Source of the DNA: Porphyridium purpureum | Lineage: Eukaryota | Assembly (NCBI GenBank): GCA_008690995.1 | Contig: VRMN01000001.1 | Span: forward strand, 434,001-498,000 | DNA: 64,000 nt | Reading direction: 5' to 3' | In this document: positions 34,304 through 46,100 of the stretch, one piece after another | Layout: each line of letters begins with the position of its first letter | Numbering within the stretch: position 1 is the first letter of the stretch | Translations under genes and position numbers: made by a program | The notes under the pieces: model-generated | Seen by the model: only the letters and a program-made list of their open reading frames with translations | What the model was told of the DNA's origin: nothing | The model's database searches: none

Positions 34304-36949
34304 CTAGCGCACGCGGATAAGCGTCAGCCCATCACGGATTGGAAGAAGTACAGAGTCCGTCCGCGAATCGTTTCTCACGTACACGTTAAAGTCATGGAGT
34401 GCGGCCGCAATTTTTTGTGCTTGATGAACTGATCGCGATCGACGCAAGTGGAGCGCATCCTTCACGCTCATCGAAGCTGCCGAGGAGGAAGTCCTGGACG
34501 ATTGCATCTCCTTCGACTCCTCACCGTATTGTTTCACCAGACCGCGAAACAATGTATTGTCCGCCGCGATCCAGCCACCGCTTTTGACGAGCTTCTTATC
34601 CAGCAGGAGGTCGTAGTAAGCCTTGTACTGCTTTTTGTTTGCATCCATATAAACAAGGTCAAACGATTTTGACTCAGACGCGAGCTGCGCTAGTGCGTCC
34701 TCACAATTTGTGACCATAAGCGTAATTTTGTCCTTGTGCGTCGACTGCTGGAAGAAGGAAGCAGCAGTGCTCGCCACCTCTTCATCGCGCTCAACGGTGA
34801 CTACCATTCCTTGTCCATTCGGCACGGCACTCGCTAGACACAACGTTCCGTAGCCAGTGAACGTACCAAGCTCGAGGACGGATGAAGCACCGATCATCCG
34901 CACAACACTATGCAAGTACTGCCCCTGCAAACTGCCGCTCATCATGTGCGTTCGCGATGCGAATGCACGCGATACGTGCGCCTGCATCGCGCTGAGCAGG
35001 TCTGTTTCTAGATCCTGCTGCTTGCTTACTTTCTGCGCGTATTCGGTGTCCCTTTCCAATTCAGCACCGGAATGTGACATGGACGCCATTCCATTATCAC
35101 CATCGCCTTCCGCCACAATGCTAGATGCGAGTGGAAACCTTGCCTTCGCTGCAGACACGCTCGTACGGCACGCCTCGGAACAGCAGCCTTGCATGCGCGC
35201 TGCGCAGTCCGGACACTGCACAAAAAGGCGCTTGTTGAATGGCCGATTGCACGATACATTTGCGCAATCCGTCTGCGTGTCACACTGCACTCCACATGTG
35301 TCACATTTCGCCAGCACATCGGCGCTCAATCGCTCGCCAATGCGCAAATCAAACACAAAATTTACGCCCTTAAACATGCTCTCGTATCCCGGATTCTCGC
35401 GAAGCATGCGTGAGTAACTCACAATGCCGCCTTTTAGGCGCTTCACGTTGGTGAAGCCCATCTTCTGTTCTAAATAAGCACCAACCTTTACGCAGCGAAT
35501 TCCTCCGGTGCAGTAGGTCAGGATAGGAGCATTCTTGTCCGTGTCCTTCAGCTGCGTTTCCAACCATTGCCAAGTGTCCCGAAACGTGTCTGTGTCCAAC
35601 GCAATCGCTCCTTCAAAGAGGCCCACTTCGCTTTCGTACCTGTTGCGGCAATCCAGAACCATGGCAGGCTCGGATCCGTTCTGCCTCGCCACGAGCGCAC
35701 GGTGCCAGTCCTGAGCCTCAATTTCGGTGCCATTGTGTTCCTTCCAGTCAATTTGCTCGATGATGGCGTCGTCCAAACCATCCTGCAGCACTTTTTCGCG
35801 CGTCTTAATGCGCAGGTCTTGGAATGCAGACTCGCTATACGATACCCGAGTGTCCTTATTCAAGAAGACACCACGAATTTCGTGGGGCATGGCGTAGTAC
35901 TCAAAGGCCTCTGCAGTGGCTTGGTCAGCTTCGCCCGCGCACTGAACCCCTTCCACGCCCATGTCGCGGACAAACTCGGCCAAATTCACCACGGGTACAC
36001 AAAACTGCGCGTTGATTCCTTCGCGCGCTACGTAGATACGTCCTTTCACACCGTAGAAAGACCAGACCATGCGAATTTGTCGCACAAGCTCCTCTGGGTC
36101 GCGAACATCCACAAAGCGATAAAATGAGATAGTTTGCACTTGGTGCTCCGGGTGCAAGGCGTCATGCTGCGCACGCGCAGCCAAGTCGAGAAAGTATTGC
36201 GGTACTGATGGCGGGGATGGCGCTTTGAGCTCCTCCAGGGGCTCCAGTACAATGCCGACGTTGCTCCCGGGCGTTCCAAGCTGCTCCGGTGGGACCGACG
36301 AGAACACTTGTTCCAGCAACTGCTCGTACGTCTCAATGGGAGGTTGTCCCTCCGAGGCGCGAATACTGAAGGAGTGGTCGTCACGCAAGACGCACCCGTA
36401 GTGCGGATCGGACGAGAGAGATGGAAATAACGTCAGTAGCTCCTCCCTGATGCGAGTGCGGAAGCTTTCCAAGGACGCACATTCTTGGTGGAGCAAAAAC
36501 ACACGCGTCCGCTTGACGCGGGTTCCAAATATACCCCACCCGCCACCTTGCTTCATGCGCGGATCCTTCAAGTAGTCGCGCGCGTCGTGCAGACCTATGC
36601 GGTATGGCATCGCGACGCGAATGCCGATCAAGCGGCCGGCTGCGCGCAATGCGTCCAGCTGCTGCTTCCTCTGCAAATTCGCCTCATGCATCACCCGCTG
36701 CCTCTGCCTCCGCAGCTGCTTCGGCGTTAATCTCAGCTCATCCGCCTCGCTTTCCCGCGAGCCGCGCGACCGCGCATGCCCTTCATTCAGCACACACCGC
36801 ACCACATTCGTGCTCACACACACCCCACGCCACCGCACCACGCGCGCGCGCGTGACCTCCCGAATCGCATCACATCGCCACCATTCACGCGCGCACGCCG
36901 CGCGCGCCCCGATTCCCTGCACGCCTCCACCTCCCACTCCCACAAACAT
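34304..36949 (-). CDS. fusion of TrhO/YceA (UPF0176 rhodanese-like tRNA U34 hydroxylase) and CCoAOMT/TrmR-family O-methyltransferase
   Basis: SFYRF, GRIYVAREGINAQ, LDCRNRYESEVGLFEGA, YCTGGIRC, LKGGI..Y, FKGVNFVFD.R and Cys-rich tail; then LELGTFTGYG, FDLVYMDANK, ADNTLFRG, LPIRDGL in the same frame. Confidence 0.9.
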   Translation of the reverse strand: MFVGVGGGGVQGIGARAACAREWWRCDAIREVTRARVVRWRGVCVSTNVVRCVLNEGHARSRGSRESEADELRLTPKQLRRQRQRVMHEANLQRKQQLDALRAAGRLIGIRVAMPYRIGLHDARDYLKDPRMKQGGGWGIFGTRVKRTRVFLLHQECASLESFRTRIREELLTLFPSLSSDPHYGCVLRDDHSFSIRASEGQPPIETYEQLLEQVFSSVPPEQLGTPGSNVGIVLEPLEELKAPSPPSVPQYFLDLAARAQHDALHPEHQVQTISFYRFVDVRDPEELVRQIRMVWSFYGVKGRIYVAREGINAQFCVPVVNLAEFVRDMGVEGVQCAGEADQATAEAFEYYAMPHEIRGVFLNKDTRVSYSESAFQDLRIKTREKVLQDGLDDAIIEQIDWKEHNGTEIEAQDWHRALVARQNGSEPAMVLDCRNRYESEVGLFEGAIALDTDTFRDTWQWLETQLKDTDKNAPILTYCTGGIRCVKVGAYLEQKMGFTNVKRLKGGIVSYSRMLRENPGYESMFKGVNFVFDLRIGERLSADVLAKCDTCGVQCDTQTDCANVSCNRPFNKRLFVQCPDCAARMQGCCSEACRTSVSAAKARFPLASSIVAEGDGDNGMASMSHSGAELERDTEYAQKVSKQQDLETDLLSAMQAHVSRAFASRTHMMSGSLQGQYLHSVVRMIGASSVLELGTFTGYGTLCLASAVPNGQGMVVTVERDEEVASTAASFFQQSTHKDKITLMVTNCEDALAQLASESKSFDLVYMDANKKQYKAYYDLLLDKKLVKSGGWIAADNTLFRGLVKQYGEESKEMQSSRTSSSAASMSVKDALHLRRSRSVHQAQKIAAALHDFNVYVRNDSRTDSVLLPIRDGLTLIRVR

Positions 36950-38082
36950 CTCCCACTCCCACCTTCCTTCCCCCTTGCCTGTTCTCTGCTCCCGACCTTC
37001 CGCCGCCGCTACCGCGCACACAAACTGTTTTTTTTTTTTTTTTCTGAACCGGTTTCAAACTGTACTCTAGTGTACACCAAATGCATATCAAGTTCCCCAT
37101 TTTCTCTTATCGTACTTCTAGGGTTCCTCCGTTAAAAATTCGTGGAGAATGATGGGTCGGTTAACGGTTAACACGTAGTCGTTAAGCCGTTAAACTGGTA
37201 ACTGATAAAGGGTGTGGCTCGAGAACAGGAAAACGCCGCGCTGCGCGTGTCGGCCGGCGACACGAGCCATCGGATAAAAAGTTTCTGTTTGGCTTAGAAG
37301 CTGCGCGCGAAACTGGGCGCAGAGCGCGACCGCGGCGGTTGTCGGTACGGAGTGCCAGTTGGAATGGTTCTACGTTTAGAACTTGATCAACTCGTTGGAT
37401 CGGGTGTTTGCAATTGGCGAAGCGAGGTTTCCCAGAATTCCACACATGACGATCACACAGCACAAACTGTACCTTTGCTGTACTCATTTCATTGTTAATT
37501 ATGTGTTTTAAATAATATGAAAGTTGTAATAAAAAAGATCTTATTTAATATTCATATTTTAATCTCGTGCGACGCGAGCGAGCTTTTGTGCGGGGCCTGC
37601 TTCGAGCGCAGTGTGGGGTGTGGCATGCTGTGCGTCCGTGTGTCGAAGCGAGTCGTGGCGGGTTGCGTGTGCCGGCGGTCTGCATGCTGCCGTGGCACGG
37701 TGATCGCGTGTCGCCAAGCTGGCTTGGAAGGTCATTGCACGCGCTTCCATTCTTTTCAAAGTGTCGAGAGAAAAAGGGAAAAGACCTCTGAATCTCGCGT
37801 TCTCGGCGCCGCCGCGCGACGAAGAACGACAGCGCTCGGTAACGTGCGCGAGTCGGTGTGTCCTATCGATCAGGGCTGCAGCGAATCCGAAATCACGCGC
37901 TGCGTGACACGTGCGCGTGCCAGATTTCGTGGGCACAAACACTGCCAAACTTCAGCGGGAAAAAGTTCGCCTCCAAGCCGCGACGAGGTGGCTGTCTTAT
38001 CGGCAAGCATTGTGCGGTTGGACCCGGGAGATACAAGCAAGACGTGAGGCAGAGAGACGAAACGAGAGAGGGTGAGTTTACA

Positions 38083-39807
38083 ATGAAGAAGGTGGTTTCA
38101 TATAATGACGTGACGGCATTCACGGCGGAGCCGCGGTCGGCAGGAGATGTGGGAGGCGCGGCAGACAGCGCGGTGGAAGGCAAAGTCGGTTTCGCTGGTA
38201 CGTTGCCAAGGCCAAAGCCGGTAGGTGTAGTTGGGATGGACGGTTGGGCGCTGGCCGAATCCGGTGGTGATGGTCGTCGCGCGGCAGATGGGTCAGACTC
38301 CGCGCGATCGGACGCGTTGGAACAGATCGTGAGCCCGCCGGTGCAAGTGAAGAACCAGATTGAAGCGCAAATGCGCGTGCAGCTGCATGACTTTTCACTG
38401 AGCGATCCCGCCACCGCCGCGAGCGCCGCTATCGGGTCGGTCGCAGTCACGGCGACGAACGGATTGAGCGCGGCGGAGCAGGCGATGCAGAGTATGGCAG
38501 CGTTTTCGACAAGAAAAGTGGTGGTCGTCATGGTGGGGCTGCCAGCCAGGGGCAAGACACACACGGCCAAGTCACTAGAGCGCTACTTGAACTGGCTCGG
38601 CTTCATGACCAAGGTCTTTAATGTCGGCGCGTTGAGACGGGAATTGGTGGGCGCCGAGCAAAAGGCGGACTTTTTTGATCCGCACAATGCTGAAGGCGCT
38701 GCGGCGCGAAAACGAGTCGCGGCACTTACACTAGAGCGAATGATCGAGTGGCTGCTAGCGGACAGTGGCGGGCGTGTGGGAATTTACGACGCCACGAACA
38801 CCACACGCGAACGGCGCAAGGCTGTGCGGATTCGGCTCGAAACGGAAAACATTCGCGTGTTATTTTTCGAAAGCATGTGCACTGACGAGGCCATCGTGAA
38901 CCGCAATATTTTGCAGACCAAACTCTTCAGCCCAGACTACGCACACGCGTCTGCCGAAGACGCCGTGGCCGACTTTAAGCGTCGTATTGCGCATTATGAG
39001 GAAGTATATGAGACGCTAGACGCTGACGAGGACTGTGCATACATCAAGAGCGTGAACGTGTCTTCACAACTGATCCTCAACGATATCCAGGGTTACTTAC
39101 CGGGAAAGATCGCAGCGTTCCTGCTCTCTGCGAACATTTCGCCACGATGCTTGTACCTGTCAAGACATGGCGAGTCCGAGTGGAATCGTTCCGGTCAGCT
39201 TGGTGGTGACCCGCCGCTCACCACTCGTGGTCGCATCTACTCCATACGCCTTGCTGAGTTTATGGCGTCCGAGTTCACAAACAAGGGCAAAGATCTGCCC
39301 CTGGTGTGGACGTCGCAGCTCCAACGGACACGCCAAACGGCTTCGAGCATACCCGGGATGACCATCTGCTGGCGGGCGCTGAACGAGATTGACGCGGGAA
39401 TGTGCGAAGGAATGACATACAAACAAATTGAACAAACGCGACCGGATATTCACGAAGCGCGCAAGCGCGACAAGCTGCGCTTCCGCTATCCTGGAGGCGA
39501 GAGCTATGTAGATGTGATTCACCGGCTCGAACCAGTCATTCTCGAGATTGAGCGTACGCAGGAGCCGCTTCTTATCGTCGCACACAACGCCATCATCCGG
39601 TCGATCTTTGCTTATTATTATGGCATTGAGCAAAGCAAGGTGCCACACATTGACATTGATCTACACACTGTTTATAAGCTCACAACGCAAGCGTATGGTT
39701 GCAAGCTTGAGAAGTTTTCATTTGACGTTGACGGCAGTGAATACAACAACAAAACACCGGAAGCGTCTCCGAGAGCCGCGTCCGTACCCAGCCCTGTCAT
39801 ATTGTGA
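38083..39807 (+). CDS. 6-phosphofructo-2-kinase/fructose-2,6-bisphosphatase
   Basis: MVGLPARGKT, FNVG..RR, DATNTTRERR, LSRHGES, LNEIDAG, RYPGGESY. Confidence 0.96.
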   Translation: MKKVVSYNDVTAFTAEPRSAGDVGGAADSAVEGKVGFAGTLPRPKPVGVVGMDGWALAESGGDGRRAADGSDSARSDALEQIVSPPVQVKNQIEAQMRVQLHDFSLSDPATAASAAIGSVAVTATNGLSAAEQAMQSMAAFSTRKVVVVMVGLPARGKTHTAKSLERYLNWLGFMTKVFNVGALRRELVGAEQKADFFDPHNAEGAAARKRVAALTLERMIEWLLADSGGRVGIYDATNTTRERRKAVRIRLETENIRVLFFESMCTDEAIVNRNILQTKLFSPDYAHASAEDAVADFKRRIAHYEEVYETLDADEDCAYIKSVNVSSQLILNDIQGYLPGKIAAFLLSANISPRCLYLSRHGESEWNRSGQLGGDPPLTTRGRIYSIRLAEFMASEFTNKGKDLPLVWTSQLQRTRQTASSIPGMTICWRALNEIDAGMCEGMTYKQIEQTRPDIHEARKRDKLRFRYPGGESYVDVIHRLEPVILEIERTQEPLLIVAHNAIIRSIFAYYYGIEQSKVPHIDIDLHTVYKLTTQAYGCKLEKFSFDVDGSEYNNKTPEASPRAASVPSPVIL

Positions 39808-39852
39808 TGACTGAACACAGAGCTCTTGCTAAATCGAACATTTTATCCATGT

Positions 39853-39869
39853 AGAGAGAGAGGGAGGGA

Positions 39870-39900
<31 letters not shown>

Positions 39901-39914
39901 GGCGAGAGAGAGAG
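39853..39914. repeat. (GA)n-rich microsatellite
   Basis: Direct reading; similar GA/CT tracts at ~3040-3070, 17395-17413, 22629-22660 and 23017-23045. Confidence 0.8.
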
Positions 39915-40100
39915 CGAGTCGGCGTGGACATGGGAGCTCATCACAGTCAGGTTTGGCCAAATTAGGAATTCGCCGCGTTCGCCGAACCTGGCGTACCTTG
40001 ATACAGGTGGCGTAGAGCAATCTGTTCCGCCGATAGGGCAAGGAATCGAACCTTGTTCCTTTTACGTCAAAACGCTCACAGGATGAAATCCACCTGGACC

Positions 40101-43100
40101 CTACGCTGGAGGCTGCTTCGGAGCAGAATCCGGAGCGTGCGTCGATGCCAAGCCACTATCAGGCGTAGTTCCTTCTGCTGCGGAGGCATCCAGTCCATGT
40201 GCACGCACTGCCTCGGCTTCGGCTTTTGCGCTGTGCTCCATTTCCTGCTGCCTGGCAAGCTCCGCCTCGGCGTCGGCGATGGGTTGCGCTAGCGCCGCAA
40301 CCTCTTCCTCAGCAGTTTCCCGCAACAAGCGCGCATGCTGGTTCACCCACTCAACATCTGGAGTCGTGTTGAACTTTTCAGAATTGAGCTGGAGCAATCT
40401 GAAATCCGCCAGAAACTCGGCAGCGGACGAATACTTGAAATTCTTGCAGTTCTGACGGATCAGATTGAGGTACATTTGATCCTGCACATGTTCGCCATAG
40501 TTAGGTACGAGCTTGGTATTAACAGGCTGCGTCAAGTCGAGCCCAGTCCCCTTTGGACGCGCGAGATTCTTGGGATCCGCGTGGACTGGAGGAATTTCGT
40601 CGGGCCGCAATCTCTTGATCAGAAATGGCGTTGTGCTTGCAATATACCCCTTTGTTTCACGTACAACACGTTCCACACCTTCCAGGATGCCGTTCAGTTC
40701 AACGCGGGCGTCGCGTCGTGCGCGACGTGATGAAATCTGCTTGACGAGCGGCGCGTTTGCACCAGCCCCTGTGCCAGTAGCAGCGTAGCTGAAACCGGGT
40801 GACGACCGTTTGCGCGGCCCATTTAGATCAGACTCGTCCGCGTACTGCGATCGCCGCCGCTTCAGAGCGGCAGCGTCCTTTGAATTGGCGAGATTCTTTG
40901 TGTCAATGCGGATCTTACCGGAACCTCCTCCCGAGCCCAATTTGATTTTCACGCGTCCGTCTCCACCACCCGCGCCTCCTTCATCACCACTGCCGCTTTG
41001 GCCTGGCAAGCGAGGCGTGCCAACGTGAGCAGGCGGTGACGCCCTGATGTCGGTTCTACTCTTGGACTTTGTCAATGCGCCTAGACCTATGCTGACCTTG
41101 AGAGATGGGGCCTTTGTCAACGCGTTCTCGCCCGCAGTCGAGGCTTTCGTAGCTCCAGCTCCACCTGTACTGTCCGTAGCGCCGATTTGTGCAACGCCCT
41201 TTGCTTTGGCCTCCTTGCGCTGCTTCTGTGCAAGGATCTTCTCGATTTCTTTCTCGTCCGTTACATACTCGTACTTCTTCTCCTTCCGATTTCCGTGCTC
41301 ATCCTTGATCCACCGCACCACTTTCAGTCCTGTCATGGGCGCACCGCCAATGAGTACAGTCTTCTCCTTATCCTTCGGCTTCTTCTCCTTGCGGCTAACT
41401 TTCTTCTTGATCCCGGGTGCCGGCGACCCAGGACCGCCCGGAGTACCACCATCAGATCCTGAGGGCGCTCCCGCGCCAGCTCCAGCCCCTGCGGCCGAGC
41501 GCGCTCGTTGTTCGGCCAGCATCTTAAAAAGTTCCTCGGCATCTTCTTTGTCCCCTCCAGAGTGCTGCGCTTTGCGAACAAGCGAAATCTTGACACCGCC
41601 AGGCCCGCCGCCGGTGCCCTTGACTTTCACTTCATGCCCGCCGACGATCGTAGTGACAGGCTGGGGCGGCTGCGAAGCAGACACGCCAAACGCAGATTCC
41701 GGTGAGGTTTGCGCAAGCAAAAGTGCAGCAGCACGCGCGTCTGCAGCAGCCTGGTCTTCTGCGGCAGGCAGGCCGCTCACGTCGCCCATGAGAAGCGCAC
41801 GTAACTGCGTCTTCAAAGGGACGTACTGTGCAATGGCTGCGGACAGATCTGCAGGTTGCTGGTCTTGTGCTGCACCCGCTGACGCTGCTGCCGCTGCTGC
41901 CGCAGCGGCAGCGACGCTGGGAGCAGCAAGCGACCGTTGTTCCTGCTTCGTCAGCACACTCGCGATTGCAGAAGCAAAATCCTTGTCAAAGCCGAACGAG
42001 TTGTTGTTTTGCACACCTCCCGCTGTACCTGAAGACGACCCTCCAGTTGTGCCGGAGCTCCCGCGATGATGACCCGCGGACGAAGCCACTACATTCGAGG
42101 CGCGTTTAATGCACAGATCACGCAGCAACGCTCTGCGCGCATCTATGCCAGCGGGCATTTTCTTCGCCGACACGCGAAAGAACGACTGGAGCAGCGTCAG
42201 CAGCTCGGGCGCAGCCAAATTGTTAATGCGCGCCTCAACAGACAGGCCATTCCGTGAGAGCACAAAACCTGAGCACAACTCCATTGCATGTCGGGTGAGA
42301 GCAAGCTCGCGAGCAAGCTCCTTGCGCTGCGCTCGCTGCGCACTGATCATAAGCGATGTCCGGTACCACTGAGTGCTCAGCAGCTGCTGACGTATAAACT
42401 CACCCACTGCCACACCTGCCGCCAGGCCTGTCTTGGCGGCGGCCTGCATAATGTTGCCTTGCGCTGTCGGATGCGTAAAGATGCGGATACCTGCTCGATT
42501 TAGTGTCTCCCATCCGGCTTCCATAGCCTCAAAGGCAGCGGTCTCTTCCGGAGTAACCGTACGCAGCAATTCGGCCTCCAAAGTGCTCAGCCCGCGAGCT
42601 GGTTCGTTGAGCTGGTACAAGCCGCCATCAAAGATGGTCAACTCCTTGAGCGTCTTGAGCAAGAAAGTATCTGAGCAGCTGCGCTTGCGGCCAAACGCCT
42701 CAAACACGTGGTTCTTCCGCAAAGCGGGCGTCACCACACCCTTCTTCTTCTGATTAGAAAACTGCCGGAGCATCCACAGCAGCACCCGCTCTTTGGTGTA
42801 CTTTTTGCACCGGTCTGTATTCGGGGCCATAACTTCGACGCGCGGCTCGCACTGACCCACTGAGAGTACCATGTCGATCTCACGTACATACATGACGTCT
42901 TGCTTCTTCACGACTAAGAAGTCGCAATGGCTCACCTCGATCGGATTCCCCTCGTGCACCTTGTCTTGACTCCGGCTCAGGCTCTGATTCGGGCCGCCCG
43001 GCAATGAGCAAAGTGCGGCCGGCGCCGCAAAGAGTGAGGACTCGAGAGCCTGAATCTCGTGCATCGGCGGGTCCGTATGGTCGCGCGTGTGTCCGGCCAT

Positions 43101-46100
43101 TCTGGCCGCGGCTGCGGATGAGCGCGCCACATTCTTAGCATTACTATTCGTACCAACACTCGCTCCCCCATGGTGCGCACCGTGCGCGTGACCACTGGGA
43201 GCGTACTTGACGTCGCCAGTATGAAAAGGGGGCAAGTCATCTGGCCCTAATGTGATTACATGGCGATGGTGATCGGGATTGCTGTTGGCATGTGGATAGC
43301 TGCTGGTGCTTCCGCCAATGCCTTCCGCCGCGACTGCGCCTCCAGAATGAAACGCAGAGCGCTTCCGCACGTACGTCACGTAGCGAGAGGCCATACCCGG
43401 CAGCATAATGAGCGGCGGCGTGCGTTCAAGCGCGTACTCGGTGAGTACAATCCGGTGAGAGTCTTTGGCGGCGCAACTCAAGTCTGACTTGCGCTTGAAA
43501 GCGCCTGCACCAGTGCCAGGCAAGCCGTTTCCGGCGGCTACGCCGCCCGCAAGGTGCGTTGTTGCCGGCGTCGCAAAGGCGTCATTACGGTCATTGCCAA
43601 TTCCACTGATCCCGTTTCTATCTGTGGCGGCTGTGGCCGTGCGAGAGGTTTTGACGCGCTTCCTCCGCAGCGGCTGGAGCCCGAACGAACGACCTAAAAG
43701 GTCGCCTGTATCGTGCGGTCTAGAGCCCACAGGCGATAGCTCTGGGCGGTGAAAGCTCGTGAGGTAAGAATCTGACACGTGAGCATGAGATGTAAGAGCC
43801 TTTGTAGCAGGAGCCGCGTGAACAAGCGCGCTCAGCACGCTGCGCCGCGCGCCGCCCTTCCTAAACCCACTCGACGTGGCGTGCACATAGAGCATATCAT
43901 TCGAAATGCGCTTCAACCGTTCAAGCTCTTCGTGGGCCCGATCTAGCACCACAGCATCCGAGAGCTCGACGCTTGTACGACACATCGAAGGAACGAATGG
44001 GTGCGTCGCGTGGTAACGTTGCTGCTCATGCTCATGCGTCTGGGTTCTCACCAGCTGCATTCCTCGCGGCTGATCCTGCGCCACTGCGGCCATATCACCA
44101 GCCATCAGGAGATTTGGGTCATTCAAATCTAGAACCAGCTTTGCAAGAAATGGCGCAGGCCTTTGGGATCCTTCTTTCGCAGAATATGAATCCATCATCA
44201 TTCTTGTGTTTTCCTCGTCTGACGCTGCCGCCGAGGATGATGAGGACGCCGACTCCCATAAAATCTCATCCAACCAACTGTCAGTTTCCAAATCCGAGTT
44301 TTCAGCAAAACACTGAAGCCCTAAGGAGTGCTCGACATCCTCAATGTCGCTTTTTGAGGATGCAGGGCGCTCTTTATCCTTCGTGCGTGTCCTTCCGGCC
44401 TTCTGGCCCTTCTTTGTCGACTCTGTGATTCCAATATTCTGAACCGTCGATGCGTCTTTCTCCTCCAAAATCACACCTGTGCTGGCAGAAGAAAGCACAG
44501 ATGTAGGCAAGCTGGGCGCGGTGGACGGAAGCGGGCTCGGAGTGTCATCTTCCCACACAATATCTTCGTCATCCGCTTCATCACCAGGTGAGCCCGACAC
44601 CTCTGCCTCCGCCTGCACTGGTGCTTGCTTGTTCAGCACGCTACCACCGCCACCGCGTGTTCTGTTGACGTCGCCGCTACTGTCGCAATCGCTTGCGCTA
44701 TCACCCCAAAGAATCTCGTCCTCCCAGGCGTATTGCTCTACCAAACTGTAAATACTATCATTCCGAAAAGCTTGATTTCTTGCCGCGTCCAAAACCTCGG
44801 ACTTGAGATACCTCCAATGCCAAGGCTCATCTCGATGTCGCGTTTTAGCACTAGTATCACCGATGCAATCATCCGTCGCCCCTGCCGATGTCGACGTGCC
44901 GACACGAAGGGGCCTCTCCCTTTCACTGGCCGATGATCGAGCCGACGAAAAATTATTTTGATCGACCTGGTTGGTTGTCTTGAAGGATTCCATGTTCATG
45001 TCCCTATCTGCTGATGCTAGTGCCGAGGCCGAGGCCAGGGCCGAGGCCGAAGCCGCCTTGAGGATGCGAATTTTGTCCAAGACGACCTTGCTGACGTCTG
45101 GTCGTGAAACAATCTGTGCCCTCAGAAACTGATCCGTTTCATCTCCTAACCCACTTGCACCTTCCGCGTGGTTCCGGTTCTTTCTTCTTCTTCTATGCGA
45201 CGCTTGTGCCAGTGATGACTGTGCGACGCCCGTATCCGAAGCGTGACCCGCCGCCACATCACTAACAGTCCCCTCGGTTGCGCTGCCGTTTGCCAACTCT
45301 TCAGCTGCCACCTTGCGTGGATCTTCCCACCCGTATCGCACGCGCCGTGGTTTTCTGGGTAGCAGCCTAATCTCGGGTGCGAACAGTTTACCGAATTCGG
45401 GGCGACCGGAATCCTGCGCTTCATGCTTCCGTGTGCTACTGCTTATGGTGTGCTGCAGTTGAGGCTGCATTTGCATCCCAGCATGCGCTTGTGCCACCAA
45501 TACGCCACCCAAGTCGCTCGCAGTCCGGGCGTTGACGACTCGCCTTTCTTGAGCCAGACGAGCTGGCGCCACCTCGCGTGTACCTTCCAAGTCCTGCTGC
45601 TTAGCACCTGCGGATATGTCTCCGTCGGGTTCTTGTTCATCGTAATCGTCGTCCTCGTCTTCTGCTTGATTTGCGTTCGCGCCGCCTTTTACCCACAACG
45701 GCTGGGTCAGTGCCCCGCTCGTGTTTCCCAGTGCGACCTGGACGAGCGTATCGCGCTCCTCCTTGTCCAAGTCGTCATCCAGGAACTCTGTCTCATTCGC
45801 GAAATCGACCGCGGCGTCGCCTGCGCGCACGGCGCCGCCGGCACCCTCCTCGTCGTCGTCGCTGTCCTCTTCATCGTACTCGTCGTCGTCCTCTGCGCGT
45901 CCTGCCGAGCCAACCGAGCCAGCCGCCCGTTCTGCCTGCCTATCCTGCGCCGACGCGACCTCTGCCAAGTCCTCATTTGCGCTCGCAATCGCCGGAGCCA
46001 CATTTCCAATGTGTTCCCTGGCGTCCTCATCCAAGTACTCGGCCTCCTCCAACCTACCGCGCCGATCGATATTCCCGAACAAAAACCCCGCCGCCACACC

